Source: the human T2T-CHM13v2.0 reference genome, Homo sapiens. Taken from it: a stretch of 64,000 bases of DNA. Location of the stretch: NCBI RefSeq assembly GCF_009914755.1, contig NC_060944.1, one strand, 5' to 3'. Both the position numbers and the translations under genes were made by a program. The notes under the pieces were generated by a model. It did not search any database, was not told where the DNA came from, and worked only from the letters and a program-made list of their open reading frames with translations. Of this stretch, positions 41,071-61,184 are shown in pieces; position 1 is the stretch's first letter; each line of letters begins with the position of its first letter.

Positions 41071-42249
41071 CAGAAGTCAGGATTTATAAAGTAATGAGAG
41101 ATCCCAGAAAGCCCAGCGAGGGTGAAATGGTGGGGTGGGGTGGGAATAATACGGAAATGAGTAGAGAACAATGAGTAGAGAAAATTTCTCCTTCTTCACA
41201 ACCTTATTTTCGTTTCATATGACCCAATTTCATCAAATTATTTTAATATGCTCATCTCCTAAATAATCAAGTTTACATGTGGTTTTTTTTTTTTTCCTTC
41301 TCTCTTTAGCAAGAAGAAAAAAGAAGGTAATTATATTCAGGCTAACCTGCCTTTTTAAACACACAAATAACAACCTCTTAGCTCTCCCCTCCTTCCCCAC
41401 CCAAACCACCTCCTCTGGAAATAAACACATTACCAATGCTGGAGTTGTTGCATGACCAGAATTACGGGACAATCAACAGTAGGAAACGATATTGCAAATA
41501 CAATTGAGGGCACAATACACAAACAGCCTTATAAAATTTCTCTTACAAAACTTCCTGTTACAGACATCTTCCCATAATTGGTGTGTGATGCCATTGGCCA
41601 AAGTATCAGGGCAGAAATAGAGAGCCTCCCGGTTCTCATTATAATTAATTGGCTGTAATAGAAACTTTAAACAATTGGGTTCATGATGTAATTGTGACAC
41701 GTACTTCCTTTGATGAAATCTTCCATGGGCTGCAGGAAATGGGTCAGTAAGGAAGTATACATGCACCAGGTGCACAAGATCCATGGAAACTTTAGTTTTC
41801 GTTTTCCTACCCATAGGCCAACTCTTTTGCTATGTTCCTTTTCTAGGGAGAACTCAAAGAATTAAAAATTGGATTATAAGAAAAATAACCAAGAGTCTTC
41901 TAAAAAGCGCATGCAATAATGTCACTCAGAAGGTAAAACCAAGCTCTCACAACATGAGGGACCTCTCGCAGAGACCTCCAGGTCTGGTTTTCAGAGCTCT
42001 TGGTGACTATTAATATCAATTGCTCTTTTTTCTCTTTCTTTCTGATCAAATGTTGAGCTGTGAAGAGATGTTCCCACTATTACAGGAGCTGGGCAGCCTA
42101 GCTTTGAATCCCTGGTGACTTTACTTGAAAGCTACTTTACCCTCTCTGAGCTGGAGTTCTTCATCCTCAGAATGGAGCTAATTAAAGTACACGAGTTCAA
42201 GCAATCCTTCACCTCCTCTGGGAGCTACAATCCATACATCCCACTGTAT

Positions 42250-44560
<2,311 letters not shown>

Positions 44561-44852
44561 GACTCAAAGCTAGAACTCTCTTTTTGTTGCTGCTGTGCAT
44601 TCTGTCATAGTTTCACAGTCAAGTTGCGATCAACTTGGAAAACAGAGCTGCAAAGTGTACATATTTAAGAAGTGTCCCAACCACCTTGATGGGTGTCTTC
44701 TTTCCAGCCCTAAGCTGCCTCTGATGGCTTGTAGCAGGGTGAACAACAGTATCCCTCACCTGGTGTTTGGAGGCTGATATGGCATTAGGTCAAATCAGGG
44801 TAGGTGCAAAGGTCGTGTTCTGGGTGAGCAGAATGGGACATTCTATTGCAGG

Positions 44853-45155
44853 GTTTTTGTTTGTTTTGTTTTTGAGACGAAGTCTCACTCTGTCGCCCAA
44901 GCTGGAATGTCATGGTACGATCTTGGCTCAGTGCAACCTCCGCCTCTACAGTGCAAGCAATTCTCCTGCCTCAGCTTCCCAAGTAGCTGGTACTACAGGT
45001 GCATGCCACTATGCCTGGCTATTTTTTTTGCATTTTTAGTAGAGATGGGGTTTCATCATGTTGGCCAGGCTGGTCTCGAACTCCCGACCTCGTGATCTGC
45101 CTGCCTCGGCCTCCCAAAGTGCTGGGATTACAGGCATGAGCCACCGTGCCCGGCC
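44853..45155 (-). mobile_element. AluS
   Basis: TSD CTATTGCAGGG. Confidence 0.93.
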
Positions 45156-46429
45156 TATTGCAGGGATTTTTAAAAACAAAATTCTAAGCGTGAACCCATC
45201 TGAGAATTTGGTAGAAACCACAGACATCTTTCCCAAAAAAGGCAAGTACGACATAAGAAAATAGCTTGAGGAGGTCCATGGTGGAACATTGCCATCCATT
45301 CCTGAATTCTTATGTTCCATGTCCTTGGGTAAAGAGCTGGTTCCTTAAAGACCAAGGACCAGGAGCTATTAATAGCTGATTGTCTCCATGCTTTGACATC
45401 ACTTTTATCCTATCCTCATGGCCACGGGTGTGGGGTCGAGGATAAGAACTGCCTCCTGAATTATCAAGAATGCTACCTCCAAAAAAACAGTTTGTCACAG
45501 TGATTAATAACGCAACTGCCTAGTTCTGTTTTAATCCTTGAGTTGTGAGAAAAAAGTACTATGTTTGGAAGAATGGTCCTGTTTTTGTGTCCTACTTTTA
45601 GGCAAGCAACATCTGCTATAATCTCGGGAACTTAGTTACTTGATTGGTCAATTATTTTTAAATGTATTTACAAAAATAGAAGCTGAATGATTTACACTAA
45701 CGTCTAATTATTCCTTTTTATTATTCCAGGGAGATTTTAGAAGTAACTACAAAAGTAAGAATTCTCTTTGTCTAAGACATGGCAAACAAGATTGTAAAAC
45801 GGGGTCTATTGGGCTTCATCAAACTTGAATTGGTAATGGAACACCTATATTAAGGAATATTGTAAATTCAGGAACACGCCTTATGAGAGAATGTTTGACT
45901 GCGGTTTTCCAAAAGGGCTGAAATAGTTTTCACTATTACATTTGCAGTCGTGCACATGGAGTGAAAAATGGGCAGAAATCTGGTTTATTTCTTCATTGCA
46001 TATATTTTAAATGTGTGAGTAGTAAGAAATTGCCTTATATTTCAACTAGCTATGCTGCTTTGCAGTAACAATAACTGGAATAATTAATACACTGGATTTG
46101 CACCAACTTGATTGGAAGGATTTATGTTTACGTCCCCCACCCAGCAGAGCTGAATTAGGTAGGCAACTCGTGGTTCCAACTTTTTTGCACTAAAGGCCAT
46201 TTTGAAGGTATGCACAACCTACCATGCAATTGTTGACAGCCTGAAGGTGCTGAATGTGTAAAAGGGAGTGTAAGGAGTTAGAGCAGTAGTGAATTTTTGC
46301 AAGTCAGAAAAGGGTGGAGAAAAGAGGTAACAGTGAGCAGACCAGCTCCTGATCCCCCTCAAATATTGATAATGACATAGCATGCATGAAACCCACGAAG
46401 GAGATTACAGATTAGGATTCAGCGTCATA

Positions 46430-47585
<1,156 letters not shown>

Positions 47586-47691
47586 TCACCCAACCTCTGG
47601 GAGCCTAACCTGTGATTTAGGAAGATGGGGATTTGTCCAGTCCAGGTGGTGGAATCCCACCAAACATGACCACAAACAAGAGTTTTTATGA

Positions 47692-48030
<339 letters not shown>

Positions 48031-48708
48031 AAGTTTTTATAGTCTTTACGGACAGAATAAACTACCTAGCTCTGGACTTTGTGACATGATTTTATCAGTC
48101 ACTTCCTTGTTTTCTTGTGTATCTGAGCTTTATTCAGTGCCAGGACTCTAGGGCAGAAGTTAAAAAAAATAAACTGGAAACAGTCATTGTGCATGCAATT
48201 GAAAATAAACAAAACGTTCCAGTGCTCTTTGTGCAGAAGATTTATTAACAAGTGTTTTTTGTTCGCTGGTAAATCAGGGGCTGTGACACTTCTTTCCTTT
48301 CAAATGGATTGCTGCAAAAGAAATTATAATAATTATAGCTTTGAGAATAATTTAATAATTTGTCAACACTTTTTTCCATCCAACAACCAGAACACAACAA
48401 CAAATAGATGTATTTTTAGAAACACACCTGATGTTTTGCAGAAAACCATGAAGAAAACTACGAAAACATATTGAAAGAAAAATGTTAATCAACCTGTTCC
48501 TCACAAGATAATATCTGAGCAAATATGTACAAGAAGATATTACAGGATGATTATTTCTAATTAGATATGGGCATATGAACAATAAAGGTAATTAAACATA
48601 TAGTGCCATGGAACATTCTCTATGGCCCAAATCATTGATATCAAATAACTTTAACAGTGAGATTACTATCCACATAACTGAGAAATAAATCAGGTTAAGC
48701 AAAGATCA

Positions 48709-49061
<353 letters not shown>

Positions 49062-49249
49062 GCAAATTGATTCATTAGTCACCCAAATCATTTATTCTCT
49101 AAGTATAGATCAAACTATTCATGGATTATCTTTTTTGTGTTTTCAGAGACCCCTAAAATATTAAAGAATAATTCCAAATTATAGATAAATTATTTACAAA
49201 ATAGTAGTCTTAAGCTACCAGTGTGTACCTGGTGATTTTTTGCTGAATT

Positions 49250-49560
49250 CTTTTTTTTTTTTTTTTAAGTTATAACCTGTATACAGCAAAGGGCAAAAAT
49301 TGCAAATACACAGCTTGATAAATTTTAGACATGTCTACAGCCATGAAACCAACAAGACATAGAATGTTTCAAGCTCCTGAAAGGCTGTCTTGTCCCTCTC
49401 CAGGACCCCCCCAGAGGCAGCCACATCAGCATAGATGTTTTGTTTGCTTTTGAATTTCATGCATGTGGAATCCTACAGTATATATAGCCTTTTGTGTTTC
49501 ACTTATTTTGCCCAACATTATGTCTGAAATTCATCCTTGTTGGTGTGTTTCTTACTTCTT
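49250..49560 (-). mobile_element. L1ME 3' end
   Basis: tacacagcttgataaatttt...ttttgcccaacattatgtctgaaattcatcc. Confidence 0.7.
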
Positions 49561-51189
49561 TAACTACATAATTTTCCCTAAAGAACTTAACAAACTTTGA
49601 TAGTTAAGGCTTATCTTTTGTATTGGACAGATTTGGAGGATTGAAACTAAGCTAAAATTCTTTGCCTTGATTGACTTGCTCTAATCCCACAGTCTCAAAT
49701 TGTCAAAGGAAACGTAATGTTTTGTAATACCATAATAATTTTGAACAATTCTACTTGCAATTTCGGTAGCGTTCTATATTTATTGATTATTAAATCAGGT
49801 TGCATTTCCACTTCCAAACTAGAAGACAGATGAAAAGCTATCTGGCTAAATAAAATTTTCATCACATAAATTCATTGACTTGCCTGAGGCTGTAAGTGCA
49901 ATTTAACTTCAGCCTCATCTAAAAACCTCCATGGGCTGATGTCTGAACAGCTATTTCTCCTACACTAACAACTAAAATGCAGTTGGTAAAGGGATGAGAC
50001 ATTCACCTTAGATGGTTGCAAAGGTATTCATCCATTGTGAGGTACAGAAAGACTTAAGGTCCTCCTGAGGTTCTTTGTAAATGAAAGTGACCTCAAGATC
50101 TGAGGCAAAGAGCTACATGCACAGATAAGAGAAACAGGCTGTGAGCAAGGTTACCCCCGGGCAGTCAGCAATCTGCAGAGGGGTTGGCTGGTGTGGCTGG
50201 CCCTCTGGGTTTCCTTTGGGCCCTCTATCTATTAGGCAACACTTCCTGGCATTGAATTTTTCTGGATGGCATGATGCTTAACAAAAACACTCCAATAAGC
50301 TGCAAAAATCAAGCCTGTCACTGAAGCTCAGAGAACAACTTCTGCTAATACAGTGTCAAAATAAATCATCAATCAATGAATACTCTCTGATCAGACAGAA
50401 TGGGTAATAAGTGGTAGAATCCCAGTTCAAGTTTTCTTAAGTAAAACATACATACCCACATGAGGGCTTCCTTAGGGAAGCATCTGGAAGTGAAATTGCT
50501 GGATTATAGGGTGTGTGCATTAGGCTTTAACAGCTACAGTCACGTTTTGCTGTGGTGTTTTTGATACTCCGGCTCCCCTGCCTCCATATTTGGTTAGCAC
50601 ATAGAGCCGCTGCTTTGCCCTGTCCTCTGTGTCTTCAGTGCCACTTGGTTTATGCAAGTTGATCTTGCCCAAGGAGCCTGCCCTGTATTCGATCTGCCTT
50701 CTGCTGCAAAAGAATGAAACTTCTGAAATCCAGGGTAGCTGCATCATCTATTTCAGATGGAGATGCATCTTCAATGAAGCAGGAAATATTTACAGGTAGC
50801 AATCTAATATTTACCCAGGAAGTTTTACATTGATCTTATCCTACCTAGAAACCTTGTGCCATGGTTTGTAAACCCAAATGCCTATGGGGGGGCTGTATAG
50901 CACAATAGGAAGTGGTGGGGACCTCTGGGGACCTGCCTAGCCCATCCTCATGAAGATGGCAACAGCTACTCAATAAGTCACTGTATAATTCTCACAAAAC
51001 AACGTGTGACGAAAACACTACCTAAGGACTAACAGAAACCTACCAGACTGTTCAGGCAAAGCCTCCCCTTTATAGATAAGGATAGTGAGCCTCAAAAAGG
51101 TTATTTTTCATGTTCTATGACAGAGCTAGTGACTGACAGAGCCCCGGACCTCTGGAGCTGCATCCTTCCCACCACACTGCAGTACCTGC

Positions 51190-51660
51190 TTGTGATGGTG
51201 AATCTCTATTCCCTCCCTCCATCCCCCCGTGGGTCAATTCGGCTCTCCCTTCTCTTGCTCTGTGCCCTCAGTTGCCTTATTGGGACTGCCTTATTTCCTG
51301 GACTCTGGATGGATTTGGCCAATGGCAGGCACTAGCAGAAGAGTGAGGACCAGGGAAGAAAGACGCTGGGGTACTTCTTCCTTATTTCCCCTGTTCCCTG
51401 GGCAATGTTCTCCAGCAGTGGCTGCATCCATCCATCACTTCAACTTATAGGAGGTCTCTCTATCAGGAGCTATTCTCACTGGGCTCCTGGGACACTACTC
51501 CTACCCTCTGCCTCTTTAGGTCTGGGGTGACAACGGCCCACTTCCATTGGCCCCTGGGTGCTTCTCCATCTCCTGTTAACCCTACCTGCCCCACTGTCAA
51601 AGTCCCTCCATTAAACTCTCTGGAAACATCTAAGTTCAATTGTTTCCCACCGGGAAACTG
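51190..51660. mobile_element. Old ERVL-type LTR (LTR33-like)
   Basis: Similar to 29840-30275; ends cattaaactctc. Confidence 0.45.
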
Positions 51661-51799
51661 ATGTATGCTTGTTTGTATGCTGGATGAAAAATGAACTGAG
51701 AGTGAAAAGTTAGTTTTGTACTTTTATTTTTTAATGAAAAATGTTTCTTCTACTTCATTTTCTATCACACAAAAAACTCCTTGAAAGTATTAAAACTCT

Positions 51800-52795
<996 letters not shown>

Positions 52796-55749
52796 CCTTG
52801 TTTCCATGTTCAAATTTATACTCCCGCAACCACCTGAATCAATATAACACATTAGTTCTAATTGGCAAATTACTCAAAAACAGAGACACCAAATTGTTTC
52901 CCTCACCAACATCTAGATATTTTCAAATCTTGTAGCAAGTGTTGCAAGCAAATTGCTAGACTAGGACCAGTGCATTATTGGGAACCAATCTATTTATAGC
53001 ATGTTTGCCCCACTTATAAATTCTAGATGTCTATTCCAGAATAAATGAAATCATTTTCACATTGGATATGCCTGTATAATTTCCACTGCATTTATCATAC
53101 ACAAAGTGATAAAGATGTGGTCCTAGATGTCTATTTTTAGAAGAAGTGTTAAGAGATTTTTGTCTTATGTCTAAAATATCTACTGTCTTATATTTAGAAA
53201 CATCTAAAATAATTCTGCCACACAGTTGGGTCATTGCTTGGGCAGAAGAAAGTCTGACAGAGGTTGTGTTGGGTCTCAGAGTGAGGGGTGGGCAGTCAGA
53301 CAGAAGGTACAACAGTGCAATGGTTAGGGCCTCCCAATGGCTGGGAAGTCAAGGGGCGGGGGTAACCACTGAGACAGCTAACCTTGTCAAAGAAAACTCT
53401 TAGAAACATTTAATCTGGATCATAGTCATCTATATGCCAGCCATGTCCAACCTCAGAATGAAGAAAAGAAGAAAAGAAAAGCCAGCTTGGCACAGTACAG
53501 GGCAGAAACTACACAGCCTCTGTAGTAAGGCCAGGAGGCTATTGTGACCACACACATATGCCAACTTATCTTGGGGTCTACTTTTTGTAAGTAAGGTTGG
53601 GAGCAGAGTCATACAACAGCGACATCAAAGAGTGTGGTGGAAGCTGGGGGACTGGGATGCAACAGCGCGTTAGGAGAACACTTCCAACAACTACTTTAAT
53701 TAGAGCATTAATTAGTGATGGAGCCTCATTATAGTTCCCCAAAATCTTAGTATAGCTTTCCCACATTTCCAATTGCAAGAGAACAAAGGCAAAGTAAGAA
53801 AGACAAGGCAGGAGAGGGAGGACAAGAAGAAATGCATTGGTGAGCGTAACCAGCTGCATTTTTACCTACTGAAAATTAAGAAAGAAGTTTTCCTGTAAAA
53901 CACTCTCAATAAGTGTTATGGGAAATATAGTAGTATGAGCACAGGTGACTAATGACCATTTTAATTTGTAGTCAGGAAAAAAGGAAGAAAGAGGAAAGAG
54001 AAATAACCACAAAGATCTACAATTGTTATACAAGATGTGTATCTAGAAAATCAAAATTTCATATATGCAATCTTTCTTTTGAGACACGGTGGCAACTTGT
54101 CTAATAGATAAAAAATAAATTGGATTTATAAAATGCTCACCAGCTATCATTGCAGTCTTTTGGACAGCAAGTTTTAAAAAATTATATTAGAAGGAAAAAT
54201 TAAGATCCTGAGTGATTATATAAATTGCTTCACCAAAGAATATATATTGAATTGTTTAGAAGTAAACAGCAGCTTTTTCATAGGCATAAACATGTGGACT
54301 TAAGTATCTTAAATCTTTTACTCTGAATATTAACTCAGACCTCTTTACAAATCATATTTTTTACCGCCTTTTCTAGCTGAAACACAAAACTTTAATTTTC
54401 TCCCCTGACATTTGTCTAACAGGGATTGTTCATCTATCAGATTTGCAGGAAAGTGTCAGGGTGTTAGAAGGTATTAAAATCACATGGCAAGAAAGCGACC
54501 TTTGAAATTCCTGTTTGACTAAATTTCTGGAGAAAGGAAATGGAAGGAGGAAAGACAATATCGTATATCTTTGTTAGTTTAATTTGCTGATGACTAGTGA
54601 TTACTGCCAGGAAATTGTTATGCTGTTTGCAGGAAAGTTGAAAGGGATAGAATGTCTCAAACATTGGCCTCCCATATGGGGCAGGGGAGCTTTGAAATAG
54701 GACTGAAGTCCCAGCTTCCAGAAACTAGAGGAGAAGGCGGGACCCACTCAGAACCTTCAAGTCTCTGCTAGTCAAGTTAGCTGACTGTCAATTCTCGGAA
54801 ACTAGCCTTCTCTTTGTAGCAAAGTAGACATCAGAAAGCTAGAAGTTCAAAACAATTTAGAAAAAAATATGTATACTCAGTGATGACAGCTGAATATGAT
54901 CACTGTGACACTTTGGCCATTTTCATGCTCTTCCTGCTGTTCTTTTTCTTGGCTATTTTTTTTTAAAGTGTATATTTGTAACCATGGGATTTTGTAACCA
55001 TTCAATTTTTCTAAATTTTGTTTCATTTTTTACAAAAGCATTTCTTGTGTTGCTATCTCATCATCACGGCCATATTTTAACTGGCTGCAGAAAATTCCAT
55101 CAAGTGGATTACCAGAATTTATTGAACAAGTGCTCCATTTAGGGGCATTTAGGACATTTTTTCTATCCGCCCAGGCCTCCATCAGAGAACATCACTGCAG
55201 TTGTTGGCCAGGAAGAGCCAAGCTCAGGGAAAGAAAGTCCAAAAAATGTTCCCATTGGGACCAACCAGATCTGCCCCCTTTCCTGCCAGCCAAGGACTGG
55301 TGAGCACTGGGTAGGTGGGTGGAAAAGGAGTCACAGAGTGTCCTTAACTTAATCCCTAACCCTGAAGGGCTTTGATGACAATGAAACAACATAGACAGCC
55401 CAGCCCAGAGCAGTTAATCAAATGCCAATTTCCCCCTCAGGCTAATGAGAACATTTTATATGCAAATCAGCCTACCTTTTAAAGTTAGCATCTCACTTTC
55501 TTGGGAAATGCCCCTAGATTAGAATCACTAAATGCAAAAAGGCATTCCCATGTAAAGGCATCCTTGACTCTTTGCAAATTGCTCCTCTGACCAGCTGTCA
55601 GAAGTTCCTTCCATTATTACTACTCCTAAAATGAACACACTCAGATACTCATACTAAGGATGGAGATTAAGTAATTCTTGCCTTTCCCCTGCCCTCCCCT
55701 TTCCCCAGACCCCCACAGCCTATCCTCATCTCAGCTGCCCAATTGATTA

Positions 55750-56679
<930 letters not shown>

Positions 56680-56963
56680 TTCACATTGAAACTGCCCTGA
56701 ATTCAGATTGTGCCCTACCTTTTTCAAAGCCCCACCCAGCCTCTTGCTCTAACAAGTAGGCAGATTCCCACCTCAGGCTTACTACACACTGGCTGTTCCC
56801 TCTGCCTGGAAGGCTCTTCCACAGGTGTTAATGGTGTCCTCCCCAACCTCCTTCCACATTCCGCTCAAGGGTTCCCTGTCCTGTCCACACTGTTGAAAGT
56901 GCAGCCCCCAAACTTATTCTGCCTTGTTCTTGGCCCTGCTTTGTCCTTCTCCATGGTACCTCC

Positions 56964-58745
56964 TGAGAGGTGACAATGTGCTGGCGGCCCTCACTCGCTC
57001 TCAGTGCCTCCTCGGCCTCAGCGTCCGCTCTGGCCATGCTTGAGGAGCCCTTCGGCCTGCTGCTGCACTGTGGGAGCCCCCCTCTGGACTGGCCAAGGCT
57101 GGAGGTGGCTCCCTCTGCTTGCGGGGAGGTGTGGAGGGAGAAGCGCAGGCGGGAACCGGGGCTGTGCACGGTGCTCACTGGCTAGCCCAAGTTCTGGGTG
57201 GGCATGGGCTCAGCTGCCGGCACTCGGAGCAGCCGGTCGGCGCCACCGGCCAGGCAGTGAGGGGCTTAGTACCTGGGCCAGCAGCCACAGAGGGGGCACA
57301 GGGTCCCATAGCACTGCCGGCCCGCCCGCGCCAGGCTGGAATTCTCACTGGGCCTCAGCCACCTCCCCACGGGGCAGGGCTGGGGACCTGCAGCCTGCCA
57401 TGCCTGAGACCCCTTGGGGACCTGCAGCCCACCATGCACGAGCCCCCACCTTGGTGGGCTCCCGCGCGGCCGGAGCCTCCCCCACGGGTGCTGCCCCCTG
57501 CTCCACGGCACCTGGTCCCATTGACGCCCAAGGGCTGAGGAGTGCAGGAGGGCAGCTCCACCCACGGCCCTGGCCCGGGATCCACTAGGGGAAGCCAGCT
57601 GGGCTCCTGAGTCTGGTGGGGACTTGGAGAACTTTTATGTCTAGCTAAAGGTTTGTAACTACACCAATCAGCACTCTGTGTCTAGCTCAAGGTTTGTAAA
57701 CACACCAATCAGCACCCTGTGTCTAGCTCAAGGTTTGTAAATGCACCAGTCAGTGCTCTCTGTCTAGCTAATCTGGTGAGGACTTGGAGAACTTTTATGT
57801 CTAGCTAAAGGTTTGTAAATACACCAATCAGCACTATGGGTCTAGCTCAAGGTTTGTAAACACACCAATCAGCACCTTGTGTCTAGCTCAAGGTTTGTAA
57901 ATGCACCAATCAGTGCTCTGTGTCTAGCTCATCCAGTGGGGACTTGGAGAACCTTTATGTTTTGCTAAAGGATTGTAAATACACCAATCAGCACTCTGTG
58001 TCTAGCTCAATGTTTGTAAATGCACCAATCAGCACTCTGTATCTAGCTAATCTGGTGAGGACTTGGAGAACTTTTATGTCTAGCTAGAGGATTGTAAATG
58101 CACCAATCAGCACTCTGTGTCTAGCTCAGGTGTTGTAAACGCACCAATCAGCACCCTGTCAAAATGGACCAATCAGTTCTCTGTGAAACGGACCAATCAG
58201 CTCTCTGTAAAATGGATCAATCAGCTCTCTGTAAAACGGACCAATCAACAGGATGTGGGTGGGGCCAGATAAGGGAATAAAAGCAGGCTGCCTGAACCAG
58301 CAGTGACAACCCCTTTGGGTCTCCTTCCACCTTTTAGAAGCCTTGTTCTTTTGCTCTTTGCAATAAATCTTGCTGTTGCTGACTTTGGGTCTGTGCTGCC
58401 TTTATGAGAGCTTTAACGTTCACCGCGAAGGTTTGCAGCTTCACTCCTGAGGCCAGCAAGACCACAAACCCACCGGGAGGAATGAACAACTCTGGACCCG
58501 AGGAACTAACAACTCCAGATGCGCTGCCTTAAGAGCTGTAACACTCACCACGAAGGTCTGCAGCTTCACTCCTGAAGCCAGCAAGACCACAAACCCACCA
58601 GATGGAAGAAACTTCAAACACGTCTGAACATCAGAAGGAACAAACTCCAGACCCACCATCTTTAAGAACTGTAATACTCACCACGAGGGTCCGCAGCTTC
58701 ATTCTTGAAGTCACTGAGACCAAGAACCCACCAATTCTGGACACA
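56964..58745 (+). mobile_element. LTR12 (ERV9) solo LTR, LTR12D/E-like, ~1.78 kb
   Basis: TGAGAGGTGACA start, GGACACA end, GC-rich U3, tandem enhancer repeats, three U5 repeats (gcagcttcactcctga). Confidence 0.95.
57600..58290 (+). promoter_or_regulatory. LTR12 U3 enhancer repeat array and promoter
   Basis: ~41-bp units (gtttgtaaa.acaccaatcagcac.ctgtgtctagct) then ~24-bp units; about 12 CCAAT boxes; GT box 58255-58264; AATAAAA TATA-like element 58276-58282. Confidence 0.85.
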
Positions 58746-58984
58746 GTTACCATCATCTGACATCCTCTGTATTTTGCTTATTTGTTTCTGGCTTGTAATA
58801 CACACCCAGATAACCAGCTTGCTTAGGCAGGGGTCCTTGTGGATGTGGCTTGCTGCTGTATTGCCAGCATTGAGAATACAGTCCACCTATTACAGGATAC
58901 TCAACAAAGATTCATCAAATGAATGTTTTAAACCAGTGATTTAGTAATTGCTTTGAGACTGCCATTAGGTCATATCCCTTTTAG

Positions 58985-59349
<365 letters not shown>

Positions 59350-60306
59350 TGAACCACCTGTTAAGTAAGACCAACATATAAGATGCTTTTTATTTCAGTA
59401 ATGGAACTTTGTTGACAATGTGACCCAAAATACAATCACTGTAACCCACAGCCTGTTCTATGAGTCAGAATTTTTAAAACTCCCATTCTTTACTCTTTTT
59501 TGCTTAGGACCACTGTATCTGCCTGCAAAAGCCATCTCAAACAATGAGAACCTTTTTCTGAAAAGCCCTCGGATGAATACATATAGAAACTTTTTCTTTC
59601 TCTAGAAGAAATGACTCAGGCCAGTTTACCAGAGGATAGAAAGCAACTCCCTGGCTCTGTCCTCAGGTAAGTCTGTCTGGGTTCTGCTCTCCCAAAAAAA
59701 GTATAACTCCCCAGTGAGAAAATTTACCAGGTCACCTTGCTCTGAGATGTTGTAACAAAGCTTTGGAATCAAATTCAAGTCAGAGATGGTATCATGGTTT
59801 TCCTTTGAAATGACATGAATAGAGATTTACAAGAGGAGAAGGTTGAAAATGAAATTGTGCAGATACCCATGGCCTGCCCTGGGTGCCCTGCCTGCCTGCC
59901 ACTTCACCTCCCTACTTCATGCCCACTGTCCTCATTGCAGATGGCCACTCACTGCATTCCCAATTAGCACTTCCCCGCTACAGGCCAGAGGCACAGGGGA
60001 GTTCAGATCTCTCTGAAGCGGCCCTGAAACAATGGTCACTCTAAGTTGATGAGTGAATATGCAATTCCCTTGCCCTCGGGTGGGATAACTCTGGCTGGTG
60101 GCTCACACTGGAGCTGAGCCCATCCAGGCATTGAGTGGACCACACCCATGGACTCCTGTCCTCCATACATTGTGTCCTTAGCTTCACTCCTCACATCAAC
60201 TCTGCACGCCAATCCGTTTCCTAGGATCGCTTTCTGAGAGACTCCAGACTGAGACAATGTGCATTTCAAAAGGGCACCTACATGTGCCAAGGCCCTGATC
60301 AAATGA

Positions 60307-60624
<318 letters not shown>

Positions 60625-60746
60625 CATGTAAAATCTCTTTCTTATTGCTTGTATCTTTCTTTCTGATATTCTCTCCTATTTCCTCCTTTTCTCCTGCTTT
60701 TCAACCCCCTACATTCTTATCCTTTGTCCCTTCTCTGTCTCTTTTT

Positions 60747-61184
60747 GTTACCTAAATACCAGGGGTCTCTGTCTAGGTCCCATTGCTAGAGGCACAGAAA
60801 GCCAATCACTGAGACAACAAGTATTACCAGGGAAGAAGGTTTTTTGGATGCTGCAGTCAAGGAGAACAAGAGATAAGTCTCAAATCTGTCTCGCCTATGG
60901 ACTAAAATTGAGGTTTAAGTAGCCGGGGAAGAGATGTAGTTACCTGCAGGAAGAAGTTAGGAAGCAGTAGGGAAGCAATGCTGCTGAGTGAGGGGTCTGG
61001 GATCTCATCCTCTGGATGCGGTGATCTGGTGAGTTTCAGTTCCGTGCCTGAGGGTGGGTTTCCTGGGGAAGGAACTCAGATGAGACAAATGTAAATTTCA
61101 AATTTTAAGACCAGGAGGGTTGATTTCTTCTTTTATTAAAAAACTTATAAATATTGTCTCTATGGGGAGATTGAGCTGGTTTCA
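60747..61184 (-). mobile_element. ERV1 solo LTR (MER39-like)
   Basis: cagaaagccaatcactgagacaa is the reverse complement of sequence in 37506-37999. Confidence 0.75.

Noticed and set aside
56970-57588. 194-aa and overlapping ORFs
   Set aside because: Chance ORFs in the GC-rich LTR12 U3.
57600-58250. CRISPR-like regularly spaced repeats
   Set aside because: No unique spacers or cas genes; this is the ERV9 LTR12 U3 tandem array in primate DNA.
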